Below, in pieces: positions 40,980-50,566 of a stretch of 64,000 nucleotides of DNA (its first letter is position 1; each line of letters begins with the position of its first letter). The position numbers were made by a program, and so were the translations under genes. The notes under the pieces are model-generated. The model was not told the DNA's origin and did no database searches. It saw only the letters and a list, made by a program, of their open reading frames with translations. The DNA comes from a virus, in IMG/VR virus record IMGVR_UViG_3300045450_000145, positions 96,001-160,000 of that record; one strand, given 5' to 3'.

Positions 40980-42911
40980 TTAAACTGCTGCGAAACCCAT
41001 TACAACAACGCGGCAAGCGATTGCAGAGTTGAAGGTAACGGTTAGGTTGTTGTTATCACCGAAGATAATAGCCTGTGGGATAACGACGTTGTCTGTAGAG
41101 TCGACAACTGTAACGTTACAGTACTTAACACCTAGGTTGTGGGCAACTGCGTGAGATGCGGCAGCTGTGGAACCATCGTATAGGAAGTATAGTTTACCTA
41201 GACGTGAGTTGACACCATCAACGCGACCACCAAGTGCAGTTTCTGCTGCGGTAGCACGAGTGACTTCGTCTGCTAGATCACCTTCTACTTCAGTGATTGC
41301 AGCTTCACGAGCAGCAGCTTCTGCATCAACGCGTCCGCCAAGTGCAGTTTCAGCAGCTAGAGCACGATCACGTTCGGTTGTGACAGCTTGAGTTGCTGCA
41401 GCGTCGCCAGCTTCACGAGCGGTAACTTCTTCATCAACACGAGCACCTAGAGCAGCTTCAGCAGCCTTTGCACGGTCTGCTTCTACCTTGATAGCCGCAT
41501 CACGGGCAGTAACTTCACCGGCGATAGCATCAATGCGAGCTTGAACTTCGTCGTCGATACGGTCGTCTAGACCAGCTTCTGCGGTTGTAGCGCGATCTTC
41601 TTCAGCTGCAATAGCTGCGGCGTTGTCGGTGATTTCCTTACGAACTGCAGCTGAAACAGCGATGTTATCAGCAGTAACGGTAATAGAACCATCGGTGTTG
41701 CCTACGTTAACTGTGTTACCAGATAGTGATAGACCGGCACCAGCGACGAAGGAAGAAGCACCAGAGAATGGAACAACTTCGGTGCCGTTGAAGGTGTAAC
41801 CGACGTCATTTGTGCGGTTGAAGAATGCGGCACCGTCAACTAGAGCTTCACCGGCATCTAGTGCGCCGTCTCTAACGGTAAAGATTCTGTTTAGGGTGGT
41901 ATCGACAATACGGTAACCATCTGGCTTACCTGCGACGTTAGCTGCAGCGTCAGTAGCAATTAAGTCGACCGGGTATTCCCATGATAGACCAACTAGAGCA
42001 GAAGCTAGTTCACCACGGATTGCAGCTTCAGCAGCAGTTGCGCGGGTAACTTCATTGCCTAGAGCAGTTTCAACTGCAGTCACTGCAGTTGTACGGTCTG
42101 AGATTTCAGTTGCTAGGTTTTGCGCAACAGTGTTAACTGCAGCTGTGCGGTCAGAGACTTCAGTAGTAATACGGCCATCTAGCGCTTGTTCAGCAGCAGT
42201 AGCACGTGCTTCTTCGTCGTCGATACGATCGCCTAGAGCTTCGTCACCAGTAATGCGAGCTTCACGTTCGGTAACAACTGCCGCGGCGTTAGCAGCTTCA
42301 GCAGCCTTTGCGCGAGTTTCTTCTGCATCAACACGTCCACCAAGTGCGGTATCAGCAGCTTCACGAGCAGCAGCTTCTGCATCAACGCGTCCGCCGAGTG
42401 CAGTTTCAGCAGCAGTAGCACGAGTTTCTTCTGCATCAACTAAACCTTCGATGCGTGTTTCTTCGCCGGTTGCGCGAGTAACTTCTGCAGTAACTAAACC
42501 TTCAATACGGGTTTCTTCACCAGTAGCGCGAGTAGTTTCAGCAGAAATAGCAGTTGCATTAGCTGCAGCTAGAGCTTGAAGCTTTTCAAATAGGTTTGTG
42601 ATGCTGGTTGAATCAGCTAGAGTGCCAGTTAGAGCAGCTGCGTTGAATGAACCATCGGCATTAACTAGGCCACCTAGGGAAGCTTCGATGCGATTGATTT
42701 CTTCAAGGATGCTATCAGCATTACCGCCGGTAGCTAGTGAGATCCAAGATGTTGCGCCACCGAGCCACATTACCTGTGTGCCAGTGACGTAAACTAAACG
42801 ACCAACGTCGGAAGAACCGAAGGTTGGAAGTGATGATAGCTTTTCTACGCGCAGGTTTTCAATTTGTGATAAGCCTGAGTCGTCAAAGCGTAAACTACCG
42901 TTAATTTTCAT
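40980..42911 (-). CDS. Long coiled-coil fibre protein with 18-residue repeats and C-terminal 'HNL' module
   Basis: RATGEETRIEGLVTAEVT-type 18-aa repeats; strongly biased codon usage suggesting high copy number. Confidence 0.8.
   Translation of the reverse strand: MKINGSLRFDDSGLSQIENLRVEKLSSLPTFGSSDVGRLVYVTGTQVMWLGGATSWISLATGGNADSILEEINRIEASLGGLVNADGSFNAAALTGTLADSTSITNLFEKLQALAAANATAISAETTRATGEETRIEGLVTAEVTRATGEETRIEGLVDAEETRATAAETALGGRVDAEAAAREAADTALGGRVDAEETRAKAAEAANAAAVVTEREARITGDEALGDRIDDEEARATAAEQALDGRITTEVSDRTAAVNTVAQNLATEISDRTTAVTAVETALGNEVTRATAAEAAIRGELASALVGLSWEYPVDLIATDAAANVAGKPDGYRIVDTTLNRIFTVRDGALDAGEALVDGAAFFNRTNDVGYTFNGTEVVPFSGASSFVAGAGLSLSGNTVNVGNTDGSITVTADNIAVSAAVRKEITDNAAAIAAEEDRATTAEAGLDDRIDDEVQARIDAIAGEVTARDAAIKVEADRAKAAEAALGARVDEEVTAREAGDAAATQAVTTERDRALAAETALGGRVDAEAAAREAAITEVEGDLADEVTRATAAETALGGRVDGVNSRLGKLYFLYDGSTAAASHAVAHNLGVKYCNVTVVDSTDNVVIPQAIIFGDNNNLTVTFNSAIACRVVVMGFAAV
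41299..42413. repeat. 59-bp near-perfect direct repeat pair (41299-41357 and 42355-42413)
   Basis: 58/59 identical; encodes AAETALGGRVDAEAAAREAA. Confidence 0.85.
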
Positions 42912-42925
42912 TATAACCCCTAGAA

Positions 42926-43153
42926 TTAAAAGATGCGTCTGGCTGCCGTAGTGAGAGCCTTAATCGCGTTGTTGAAAGAAATCGGTTCTACCGAGCTTTT
43001 ACCAAGATCAAACTCATTCAGCATTGATTCGTCAACATCAGCAAAGCAGAAGATTCCTCTGTTGCCTTGCTTTTCAATCTTGTCCAGCTTGTAGCCCTTA
43101 ACCTTTAGCAATGCCGCCAGAAGGATGTCACTGGTTTCAATGTGTTTTTTCAT
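42926..43153 (-). CDS. Small DUF5659-like protein (75 aa)
   Basis: TSDILLAALL...G...F-x-F pattern; TAAATA 43190-43195 on the minus strand. Confidence 0.65.
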   Translation of the reverse strand: MKKHIETSDILLAALLKVKGYKLDKIEKQGNRGIFCFADVDESMLNEFDLGKSSVEPISFNNAIKALTTAARRIF

Positions 43154-43225
43154 ATCTGTTCTTTCTCAATGATTTGAGATTCATGCAGGTATTTATCAAA
43201 ATTAAAGAAAAAACAGGATAAAACA

Positions 43226-44050
43226 TTATGCTAAGTTATTGACGTGGATCATTAAGATGACGCGACCCTTGATAGGTGTGTTAAACTTGACAATGACTGT
43301 GTTCTCATCGAAGATAAAAACTGAATCGCTAAAGAGCATTTCGTTACCTTCATCCCATACAGTTACTTGAACTCTATCTGACTTTTTGTTGTGAAAGATA
43401 GTCCATACATCCTGGCTTGTATCTTGAACGTGCTCATAGCTAATAACATTTTCTAGAACTGTTACTTTTCCAAGTTGGCTGGCAATACTCTCAAATGCCT
43501 CTTGAACATTACTACCGACAATTGGGCTAGTTTTAGAATCATCTACCGAAATTTGACCGGCATGGTGCTTAATTTCATTTGATGTTAAGTCTTCATGATC
43601 ACTAACCGTTTGTTTTAGATCATTAAGCTCGACTTCTAATTCTTGTACGTCAACGCCATTAATGGTGCCGCTGAGAGTTACGTCACCATCTTTAACTTGG
43701 AATTGATCTGCTTTACCTACAATTAAGCTTGATACTTCAGTAATGCCAGTATCTGCATGGAAAGTCAGCTTTGAGCCATTTACCCCATTAAGGATAAAAT
43801 TCTTGCCTGCAGTTAAGTTAATAATTCCATTTGAATTATTATAAATGTCCTGCAATGTGGCGTTAGTTGGTTCTGGGGTATCTGTATCACCAGATGACGA
43901 GCCGTCTGCAAATCTAATAGCCTTGCCATTAATGGTGAAGTTTGGACTAACTATACCACCAATGCTGATTATCCCGCCATCTGGGATTCTCGCATATTCA
44001 CCTAGCGTTTCAACTAGGTAAATTGGTTTAAAGATAGTATCACTCATCAT
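43226..44050 (-). CDS. Virion fibre/decoration protein with C-terminal 'HNL'-type module
   Basis: LQ-x-x-Y, HHAGQI, NVQEAF motifs; WTIFHNKK...VKFNTPIKG. Confidence 0.75.
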   Translation of the reverse strand: MMSDTIFKPIYLVETLGEYARIPDGGIISIGGIVSPNFTINGKAIRFADGSSSGDTDTPEPTNATLQDIYNNSNGIINLTAGKNFILNGVNGSKLTFHADTGITEVSSLIVGKADQFQVKDGDVTLSGTINGVDVQELEVELNDLKQTVSDHEDLTSNEIKHHAGQISVDDSKTSPIVGSNVQEAFESIASQLGKVTVLENVISYEHVQDTSQDVWTIFHNKKSDRVQVTVWDEGNEMLFSDSVFIFDENTVIVKFNTPIKGRVILMIHVNNLA

Positions 44051-45693
44051 TTCACCTTAACTATTTGTTCAGCAGTATTATTTCCGAGTGAACTGTCAAT
44101 ATCTGGGCTAATTACGCCCGCCTTGATAGTAGTAGACCCGGATACGGTTGACTTCAATTTAAAGTTAACCACTTGAGTTTCTCCCTTTGCTAATGTTGAT
44201 AGTATAGGAAGAGAAATAAAAGTGGATCTACCAATTCTGACTGTCTTGCTTCCTACAGGAAGACCATCTATTTCTACTGCAATGTTGTTAATATCGCTTA
44301 TTGAAATGGTTCTAGTAATATTGGATGCATCTTTATTTCCACTATTAGTGACAGTGACAGAGATTGGAAACTGCTGCTTAATATTAACCTGCTCAACATT
44401 TGAAATATTGATGCCTAAGTTGGTTTTAGCATTGGCATTCACCGGGTCTGAAACGGTAATTATATTTTTCTTTAAAATTTCATTTTGCCCATAACCATTT
44501 TTAGAGACTAATCTAACGTTATATGTGCCAGCTTTACTATATGTAAAGGTAGCGTCGCGAGTAGTCGCATCGATAGTGCCATCATTATTGAAATCCCATT
44601 CAAAATTAGTTGGTGAATGCAATGACGTGTTCTTGAAATTAACAACCAATGGTACAATACCATTGGTAACCGAGGTAGTAAAGTCAGCAACCGGTGGTAA
44701 GTTGATTGGCCCAACAGGCTGAGATGCGCTGGTTGGGAATTCACTTAAAATAGTCGGGTTCTTAATGTCGACGTAAATGCTGTCGGCATCATAAACATAA
44801 CCTGCTACCTGATTCACGCCTACTGAAGGTGGGGATAATGTGACTTCACCAGTAACGCCGCAGAAGACTGGTCGACCTACAGATTCTGGCTTCCAATCCC
44901 ACTGCTCATTTCTGATTAATCCACTGGTGGTAATAATGCCAACTTCACTATTATAGAGGTCCTCCTCGACGATTCCAATAATGCGGCTCTTCCAGTCATC
45001 GCTGCGGGCTAGTACGATTCTCTTATGCGGCCTTGCCTGCACAAAGCTATATTTTGGGATATATTCTGCGGCCATACCTGAAACAATCTCGGCTTCAAAC
45101 TTAACTTTTTTAGTTGCTGCGTTAATGATAGAAAGTTCGGTTGAAGACGTTACAAAGGACCCATCTGACTGACGAAGAGGCTTATTAAATGAATCTAAAA
45201 CTAAATTGCCAGTGTTAAAAGCACCGCGCTCCCCAGCTTGAGTGCCTAGGGGAAATGGTTGAATGATTGCTGACGAGGAATATGTGGCAGCAAATACTCT
45301 TAGCTTGTCAATCCACTTACTGCCATTCCAAACTTTCATCTGGCTTAAATTGGTATCAAACCAGTGTTGGTCTATAGCGGGATTTATGGGCGTGTTACCA
45401 GAGACAATTTGGGGTAACTCTGTGAAACTTCTTGTTAACGATGCATCTAATAAATTAAGGTCCCAATATAGATATTTTGTAGTTCCTCTAGTAAAAGGAC
45501 CCCATGCATTGAAGACAGTTTTAGATTCTTCTACTTCATATGTGGATTTACGGTGTGCAAATATAATTATGGTAGGATCAGGAGACACAATCAAGTCTAC
45601 GTACTCCCCGTTTTTGCTTTTTTGCAAAAAAGTTGGAGTCGCATAGATGTCTGTCTGATACCTAGATATGCCTTGTCTAAATGTTAGTTGCAT
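44047..45693 (-). CDS. Virion protein with PKD and DUF11-like Ig domains
   Basis: PVADF...VNFKNTS...WDFNNDG...YSKAGTYNVRL; C-terminal VTVTNSG...D...NN; TAAATA 45719-45724 on the minus strand. Confidence 0.85.
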   Translation of the reverse strand: MQLTFRQGISRYQTDIYATPTFLQKSKNGEYVDLIVSPDPTIIIFAHRKSTYEVEESKTVFNAWGPFTRGTTKYLYWDLNLLDASLTRSFTELPQIVSGNTPINPAIDQHWFDTNLSQMKVWNGSKWIDKLRVFAATYSSSAIIQPFPLGTQAGERGAFNTGNLVLDSFNKPLRQSDGSFVTSSTELSIINAATKKVKFEAEIVSGMAAEYIPKYSFVQARPHKRIVLARSDDWKSRIIGIVEEDLYNSEVGIITTSGLIRNEQWDWKPESVGRPVFCGVTGEVTLSPPSVGVNQVAGYVYDADSIYVDIKNPTILSEFPTSASQPVGPINLPPVADFTTSVTNGIVPLVVNFKNTSLHSPTNFEWDFNNDGTIDATTRDATFTYSKAGTYNVRLVSKNGYGQNEILKKNIITVSDPVNANAKTNLGINISNVEQVNIKQQFPISVTVTNSGNKDASNITRTISISDINNIAVEIDGLPVGSKTVRIGRSTFISLPILSTLAKGETQVVNFKLKSTVSGSTTIKAGVISPDIDSSLGNNTAEQIVKVK

Positions 45694-45779
45694 GTTGGCC
45701 CCTTTGTAATTCCCATGATATTTAGGCAGGTCAAAGGTAAAACACGCGACTCTCCCCTAATCATCTAAGACCTAATTGT

Positions 45780-46415
45780 TTAGCTAACAGTAATTGTGAG
45801 GGAATACACGATAGTTAATTCTCTTGAGCCGGTGTGCTCAATTGGAGAGAATACAAGGTGTGATAGCATCAGCTCACCGGCACCATCTAGCATTGCTTGG
45901 CCTTCATTTTCCTTTGTGAATAGCCCTAATTCATCAAAAAAGAATTCGCTCTCTGGGTCTAGAGTTGCGTCAGTGTCCGCATCTGGTGTTGGAGTCGCTG
46001 ATGATGCTTCATCTGATGATCTGTTTACGGCTTCATTTGCAGAAATAACAGCAGTGATAATAACTCTAGTGCTAGTGGTACCAGGGACGGAAGAGAAGGT
46101 AACTGAATTACCGGCGCCGACGGATTGCTGTGAATCATCAACAACTTCAACGTAAGTTGGATTGTACAAATCAGCATTATCACCAGTCACATTTGGTGGC
46201 CTGAATACAATCTGTTGGGTGCTATCAATGTATGTGCCTTGGTTGCCTAACTTAAGCTTATAAATCTGATAGTTAGTGGTATTGGAAAGCCCCCGGGCGA
46301 TTGCGATTGCCATATTCTTATTATGGATCGCGTTGTGCTTATCAATTAAAACCTTGCCAGTGCTGTCTGTAATCTTAACGTGACCGTTAATGTGGGTCTT
46401 TAACGCTTCTTGCAT
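45780..46415 (-). CDS. Baseplate/tail-fibre attachment-type structural protein
   Basis: HNAIH, FDELGLF, LSHLVFSPIEH, ELTIVYSLTI; start set at ATG 46415 (AAGGA RBS, TAAATA 46442-46447). Confidence 0.65.
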   Translation of the reverse strand: MQEALKTHINGHVKITDSTGKVLIDKHNAIHNKNMAIAIARGLSNTTNYQIYKLKLGNQGTYIDSTQQIVFRPPNVTGDNADLYNPTYVEVVDDSQQSVGAGNSVTFSSVPGTTSTRVIITAVISANEAVNRSSDEASSATPTPDADTDATLDPESEFFFDELGLFTKENEGQAMLDGAGELMLSHLVFSPIEHTGSRELTIVYSLTITVS

Positions 46416-46456
46416 TTCTAATTCCTTAAGATGTGATGTGTTATTTATTAACCTAG

Positions 46457-49400
46457 TCAACCCACGATAATCTTAGCAAGGGAGACTTTAGGCACACTGA
46501 ATCTAAATCTATTTTTACCCAGCTTGTCAAATACTGACACGAACTGAGGCGCATCTTCTGTAGGCAGCCACACGTAAAACTTTGGATTTAGCTCATCGCT
46601 GCTGTTGAAGTAAATTTCAAATACTCTTGCAGGTAAGGCAGTTTCAAGAGGTGTTTGAAACTCGTCATATGTTTCCCCATTGAACTCATATGTTGGAATT
46701 GGTGGAAGTGAGCCAGTGTAAAAGATAGCGGTCTTCTCATCTTCTAAATCCAGCTTACCAAAGTCATATGGATTTACATCATGCTTATTACCCGCTTCAT
46801 TTAGAGACATGTTCACCGCCTCTTGAATGGATGCCTTTGCTGGTGTTGGGTCTAAGTTTGTGTCAACAATGTCAATACCTAAACCTAAATTAGGGAATCC
46901 AAAATCGTCAGTTTGAATATCTGAGTTAGGGTCTTGCAATATTGCCTGACGAACTAATTCAAAATCTTCTTTTGTGACTGGCAGTTTACCTTCAAAGTAA
47001 TGATTCCACTGGGATATAACATCATTCTGTTCCTGCACAGTCAAATTGGCTTTACTTAATAATGAGAACCAATCACGAGGATAGCCCGCGTCATATCCGT
47101 CTTCATCATATGGTCTATTACCAAAGCCGGCTAGGAATCCATCAAATGGACCGTCTTTTAATTCAGCATTAAATTGATCAAAGTTATTCTGCTTGACTTT
47201 GATTTCATTAAATGGGACAATCTTGACATTTATGGCGTCCTTAAATAGAAAGTCTTCAAGTAAGGCACCACCGTCAATTAAGAACTTAACGCTCTCGAAG
47301 ATTTGAACATTTACCTTTTCATCCCAACTATCGCTGTTAATTACTAAATTGGCTTGAGTGTTGAGAGGTAGATATTTTTCAAAGAAGTCTTTTTCCCATT
47401 CAAAGACAATAGGCTCGTTAAGATTATTTTCTTGCTGGCGCAATGTGCCTATTAGTTCGTTAGTACCAATTGCATTGAACGTATGCTTAACTGAAACATC
47501 AGAGAACTCAGCTTTAGAAATTCTACTATCAAAGTGGGTTGCCTTGAATGGAATCCAGCCTTGCAAAATAGCAGTTTCAGGGCTGGTGTTAGAAAGCGGA
47601 ATGTCCTGATTTGTTTCTAAATCAATAAAGCGACGGTCGATGGTGATAGGGTAAAGCTTAGAAATATCAGAGTTACCAGGAGTAATATTGATATTAATGC
47701 TGCCTGATTCTGTCTTCTCGACTAAAATTAAATCACCATTTTTAGGGGATTGTGATTCAACTTGAGTTTTAATATGGACAGTATTGACGGCGTTCCAAAA
47801 AGCAAAGTCAGCCGCGTTAATGTCAATTTTGACTTCATCTGCTTCTAAGTATCTAATATTAATTTTTACATTATCATCTTCAAAGAAGTTGTTATTGAAA
47901 GTGCCAATGTAGCCCTTGTCAGTTCTCCAAACGATATAATTATTATTGGCTTTGTTTAGAATATAGGTGACAGACGGGCAGTTAGGCGTCATGGCTAAGT
48001 CAATAGTGCCTTGGTCAATTCGCCATGAGTTTGTATTAACTTGTCTAATTGCTAAGTCATTTTTATATGCAACCGCAGTTGGGGAATTAATTTTAAAACC
48101 AATCTTCCCATTCCAATAATACTTGTCGTAAGATGCAAAGCCGCTAAATCCACTGACTGAACCATAAACTAAGAATGACGGCTTGTCTTTGAATGTTTTA
48201 AATTCAAAGACATCGTCCTTAGCCAAACCTAAGCCTGTGATAATATTGAAGTGAATGCTATTTTGCTTAAAGCTGTTACCTTCTAATAATCCCACGCCTG
48301 CAGTTTTCAAACTGGCTAAAATGGGATAACCACTAACTAACTTATTATCTTGATAGGCTTCAACTTGATAGTCAGAATCAGATAAGAACTTTACTTTCCA
48401 GTCAGCTTCAATGCAATTATAGAAGCTGGCGCTGTGCATATCCAAACGTGGGATACGTGAAGCCACCAAACTAACTGGCAAGTTAGTCAAATAGGGGTTA
48501 TCATTTTTAACGTTAAAGCTAATTATATCGCCGCCAGTATATCCGCTATCCGTAGATACTGCGATAAATGGCTTTGTGCCGGCTGCCAATGTAAATGAAA
48601 TGTCTTCTAAATCTGACTTGAATTTCTCACCAACATTTACAATGCCAAGAGAAACAGAAGTCAGGAAATTATCATCTGAATATGAAACTTGAAACTGCTT
48701 CGCGTAAAATAGTCTGATGTCGATGCTGGGATCGTCATCATTCGCCATCGAATACAGTGGTGCGGCATCTGACTTTGGATCAGGTAAAATACCTGATGTT
48801 GCTTCTTGTAAGTCAACCGCATTAGTTGGCCCGGACTTATCTTTCTTCAGGGTGACAATTGGCTCATCACTTGGAATTGCGGATATTCTCCACTGTCTCC
48901 CGTCCTGAGCACCTTCACCAATTTTAATTTTAAGGTCATTGAGGTTAAAATCGATAAATCGGCCATCATATCCAAAGTTAATCTTTTTAAGATAATTTTG
49001 GGCAGCTTGATTGATGTTTTCATAGACGCTAACATCGTCATCGTACGGGTCTAAATCATAACCAAAACCTAAATCGATATTCTCTGCTCTAGCTGGCGGA
49101 TTGATAATTGACGCGTAGAACTTATCACCTGCATTAAACTTGTTCTTTTTGCCGGAAACAATCCTGAGCCCAATTTTCCCATCGTTAAATGGGGCATCAA
49201 CGATGACTGTACCTTTGTAAGTTGAATCTGCACTGTGATAGAAATCAAAACTTTTACTATCTCTTGCAATAAAGATTAAATCACCAGATAGCATGTCCGT
49301 ATCAACAAGTCTAATGGCGTTTCGAACACCTGTATCACTTTCAATGTAGCCGTAATTTTCTGATATTAAGACAGGCCGAGAGTGTGCCAGCGGGTTGGTC

Positions 49401-50542
49401 TTAATAATATTCCACGCCTCTAAAGGTGCAGTCTCATGAATTGAAATCTTATTGCGTGGGGTAATTAGTAAGGTTTCACCAGGGTTTGCGTCGGTAATAT
49501 AAGTCGTGTTAAACTTAATTCGGCTGACGTCAAATGTTTCGCCAGCGTTAAAATACCCTACTAAGCCAGATGTGCTACCAACAACCCTGTATTTTGTATC
49601 GCCTTCGGCGATAATTGACCACTCTTCATAATCGGCTTCAAAGTTAGGAGTGATATTTCTAACTCTTAAGCTTCTAGAAGAAACGTTATCGTATGCTAGT
49701 TTTCCAGATTCTCTAGATCCCATGTCAGTGTAGGTTCTAAAGAACAATGGAGATGATAGCTTACGAAGTCTATTATAGAAGTCGTCGTAATCAATTTCTA
49801 AAATTTGATTAGCCTTGATTGCAGCGAATAGTTCCTCATATGTTTGGGGTAAGTTTGGCTCATCTAGAATTTGATAAATTAAATTGAGCTGCTTTTCTAC
49901 TTCCTTATCTTTAACTAACAGGGAATCATTCTCAGCACGAATCTGATCAATGATGTTTCTGATTTGGTTGACATTACTTGCAGAATTATCTAAGTCAAGC
50001 GCATTCTTTCTGGTGATTGCAGTTGATTCCCTAATTAAACCCTCGTCAATGCCGTTCTTCCACAGGGGAGTAAACTCACCACGGGCATCCATCGTCTGCT
50101 TAATATGGAATTCAAATGAGCCGTGATTTTCAAAATAATCAACAGATTGAGTTAAGGGCTCAACAATATTATTAGCACGTTTAATGGAAACCTTATTAAT
50201 TCCTGCGCCATCAAGCGCCTTCTTATCATAAACATAAGGCACATTTGCCATGTCTACATTTTCGCTTGCTCCAACCCTGAAGCTTTTCTGCTTAAATGAC
50301 GGCTCAACTAACCTCTTTGCAGGCATAGTGCGATATAAAGAGTTGCCACTCGAGTAGAAATTATAAAGCCAAGTCGGGCTGATTTTTGCCTTAATGAAAA
50401 GGCGTTCGTCAAACTTGACGTTGACGTCATCGAAGAACTGGTATTCTTCGATGGTTTCAGTTAGCTTGCTGTGGTATGGCTTTGTGTCGAGAATGAATGA
50501 AACTAAACTCTCGATGTAAAGCGAATTTTTGTTAAATGCCAT
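46457..50542 (-). CDS. Large virion structural protein (baseplate-associated, 1361 aa)
   Basis: KPYHSKL N-terminal motif; G-F/Y-D-x-x-P-Y-D repeats; located in the baseplate operon. Confidence 0.75.
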   Translation of the reverse strand: MAFNKNSLYIESLVSFILDTKPYHSKLTETIEEYQFFDDVNVKFDERLFIKAKISPTWLYNFYSSGNSLYRTMPAKRLVEPSFKQKSFRVGASENVDMANVPYVYDKKALDGAGINKVSIKRANNIVEPLTQSVDYFENHGSFEFHIKQTMDARGEFTPLWKNGIDEGLIRESTAITRKNALDLDNSASNVNQIRNIIDQIRAENDSLLVKDKEVEKQLNLIYQILDEPNLPQTYEELFAAIKANQILEIDYDDFYNRLRKLSSPLFFRTYTDMGSRESGKLAYDNVSSRSLRVRNITPNFEADYEEWSIIAEGDTKYRVVGSTSGLVGYFNAGETFDVSRIKFNTTYITDANPGETLLITPRNKISIHETAPLEAWNIIKTNPLAHSRPVLISENYGYIESDTGVRNAIRLVDTDMLSGDLIFIARDSKSFDFYHSADSTYKGTVIVDAPFNDGKIGLRIVSGKKNKFNAGDKFYASIINPPARAENIDLGFGYDLDPYDDDVSVYENINQAAQNYLKKINFGYDGRFIDFNLNDLKIKIGEGAQDGRQWRISAIPSDEPIVTLKKDKSGPTNAVDLQEATSGILPDPKSDAAPLYSMANDDDPSIDIRLFYAKQFQVSYSDDNFLTSVSLGIVNVGEKFKSDLEDISFTLAAGTKPFIAVSTDSGYTGGDIISFNVKNDNPYLTNLPVSLVASRIPRLDMHSASFYNCIEADWKVKFLSDSDYQVEAYQDNKLVSGYPILASLKTAGVGLLEGNSFKQNSIHFNIITGLGLAKDDVFEFKTFKDKPSFLVYGSVSGFSGFASYDKYYWNGKIGFKINSPTAVAYKNDLAIRQVNTNSWRIDQGTIDLAMTPNCPSVTYILNKANNNYIVWRTDKGYIGTFNNNFFEDDNVKINIRYLEADEVKIDINAADFAFWNAVNTVHIKTQVESQSPKNGDLILVEKTESGSININITPGNSDISKLYPITIDRRFIDLETNQDIPLSNTSPETAILQGWIPFKATHFDSRISKAEFSDVSVKHTFNAIGTNELIGTLRQQENNLNEPIVFEWEKDFFEKYLPLNTQANLVINSDSWDEKVNVQIFESVKFLIDGGALLEDFLFKDAINVKIVPFNEIKVKQNNFDQFNAELKDGPFDGFLAGFGNRPYDEDGYDAGYPRDWFSLLSKANLTVQEQNDVISQWNHYFEGKLPVTKEDFELVRQAILQDPNSDIQTDDFGFPNLGLGIDIVDTNLDPTPAKASIQEAVNMSLNEAGNKHDVNPYDFGKLDLEDEKTAIFYTGSLPPIPTYEFNGETYDEFQTPLETALPARVFEIYFNSSDELNPKFYVWLPTEDAPQFVSVFDKLGKNRFRFSVPKVSLAKIIVG

Positions 50543-50566
50543 TTATGCTTTTCCATGTAAAGACCC

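Noticed and set aside
40980-42911. Diversity-generating retroelement template/variable repeat pair
   Set aside because: No reverse transcriptase in the window, both copies are in frame within one gene, and a single mismatch gives no pattern of adenine-specific variation.
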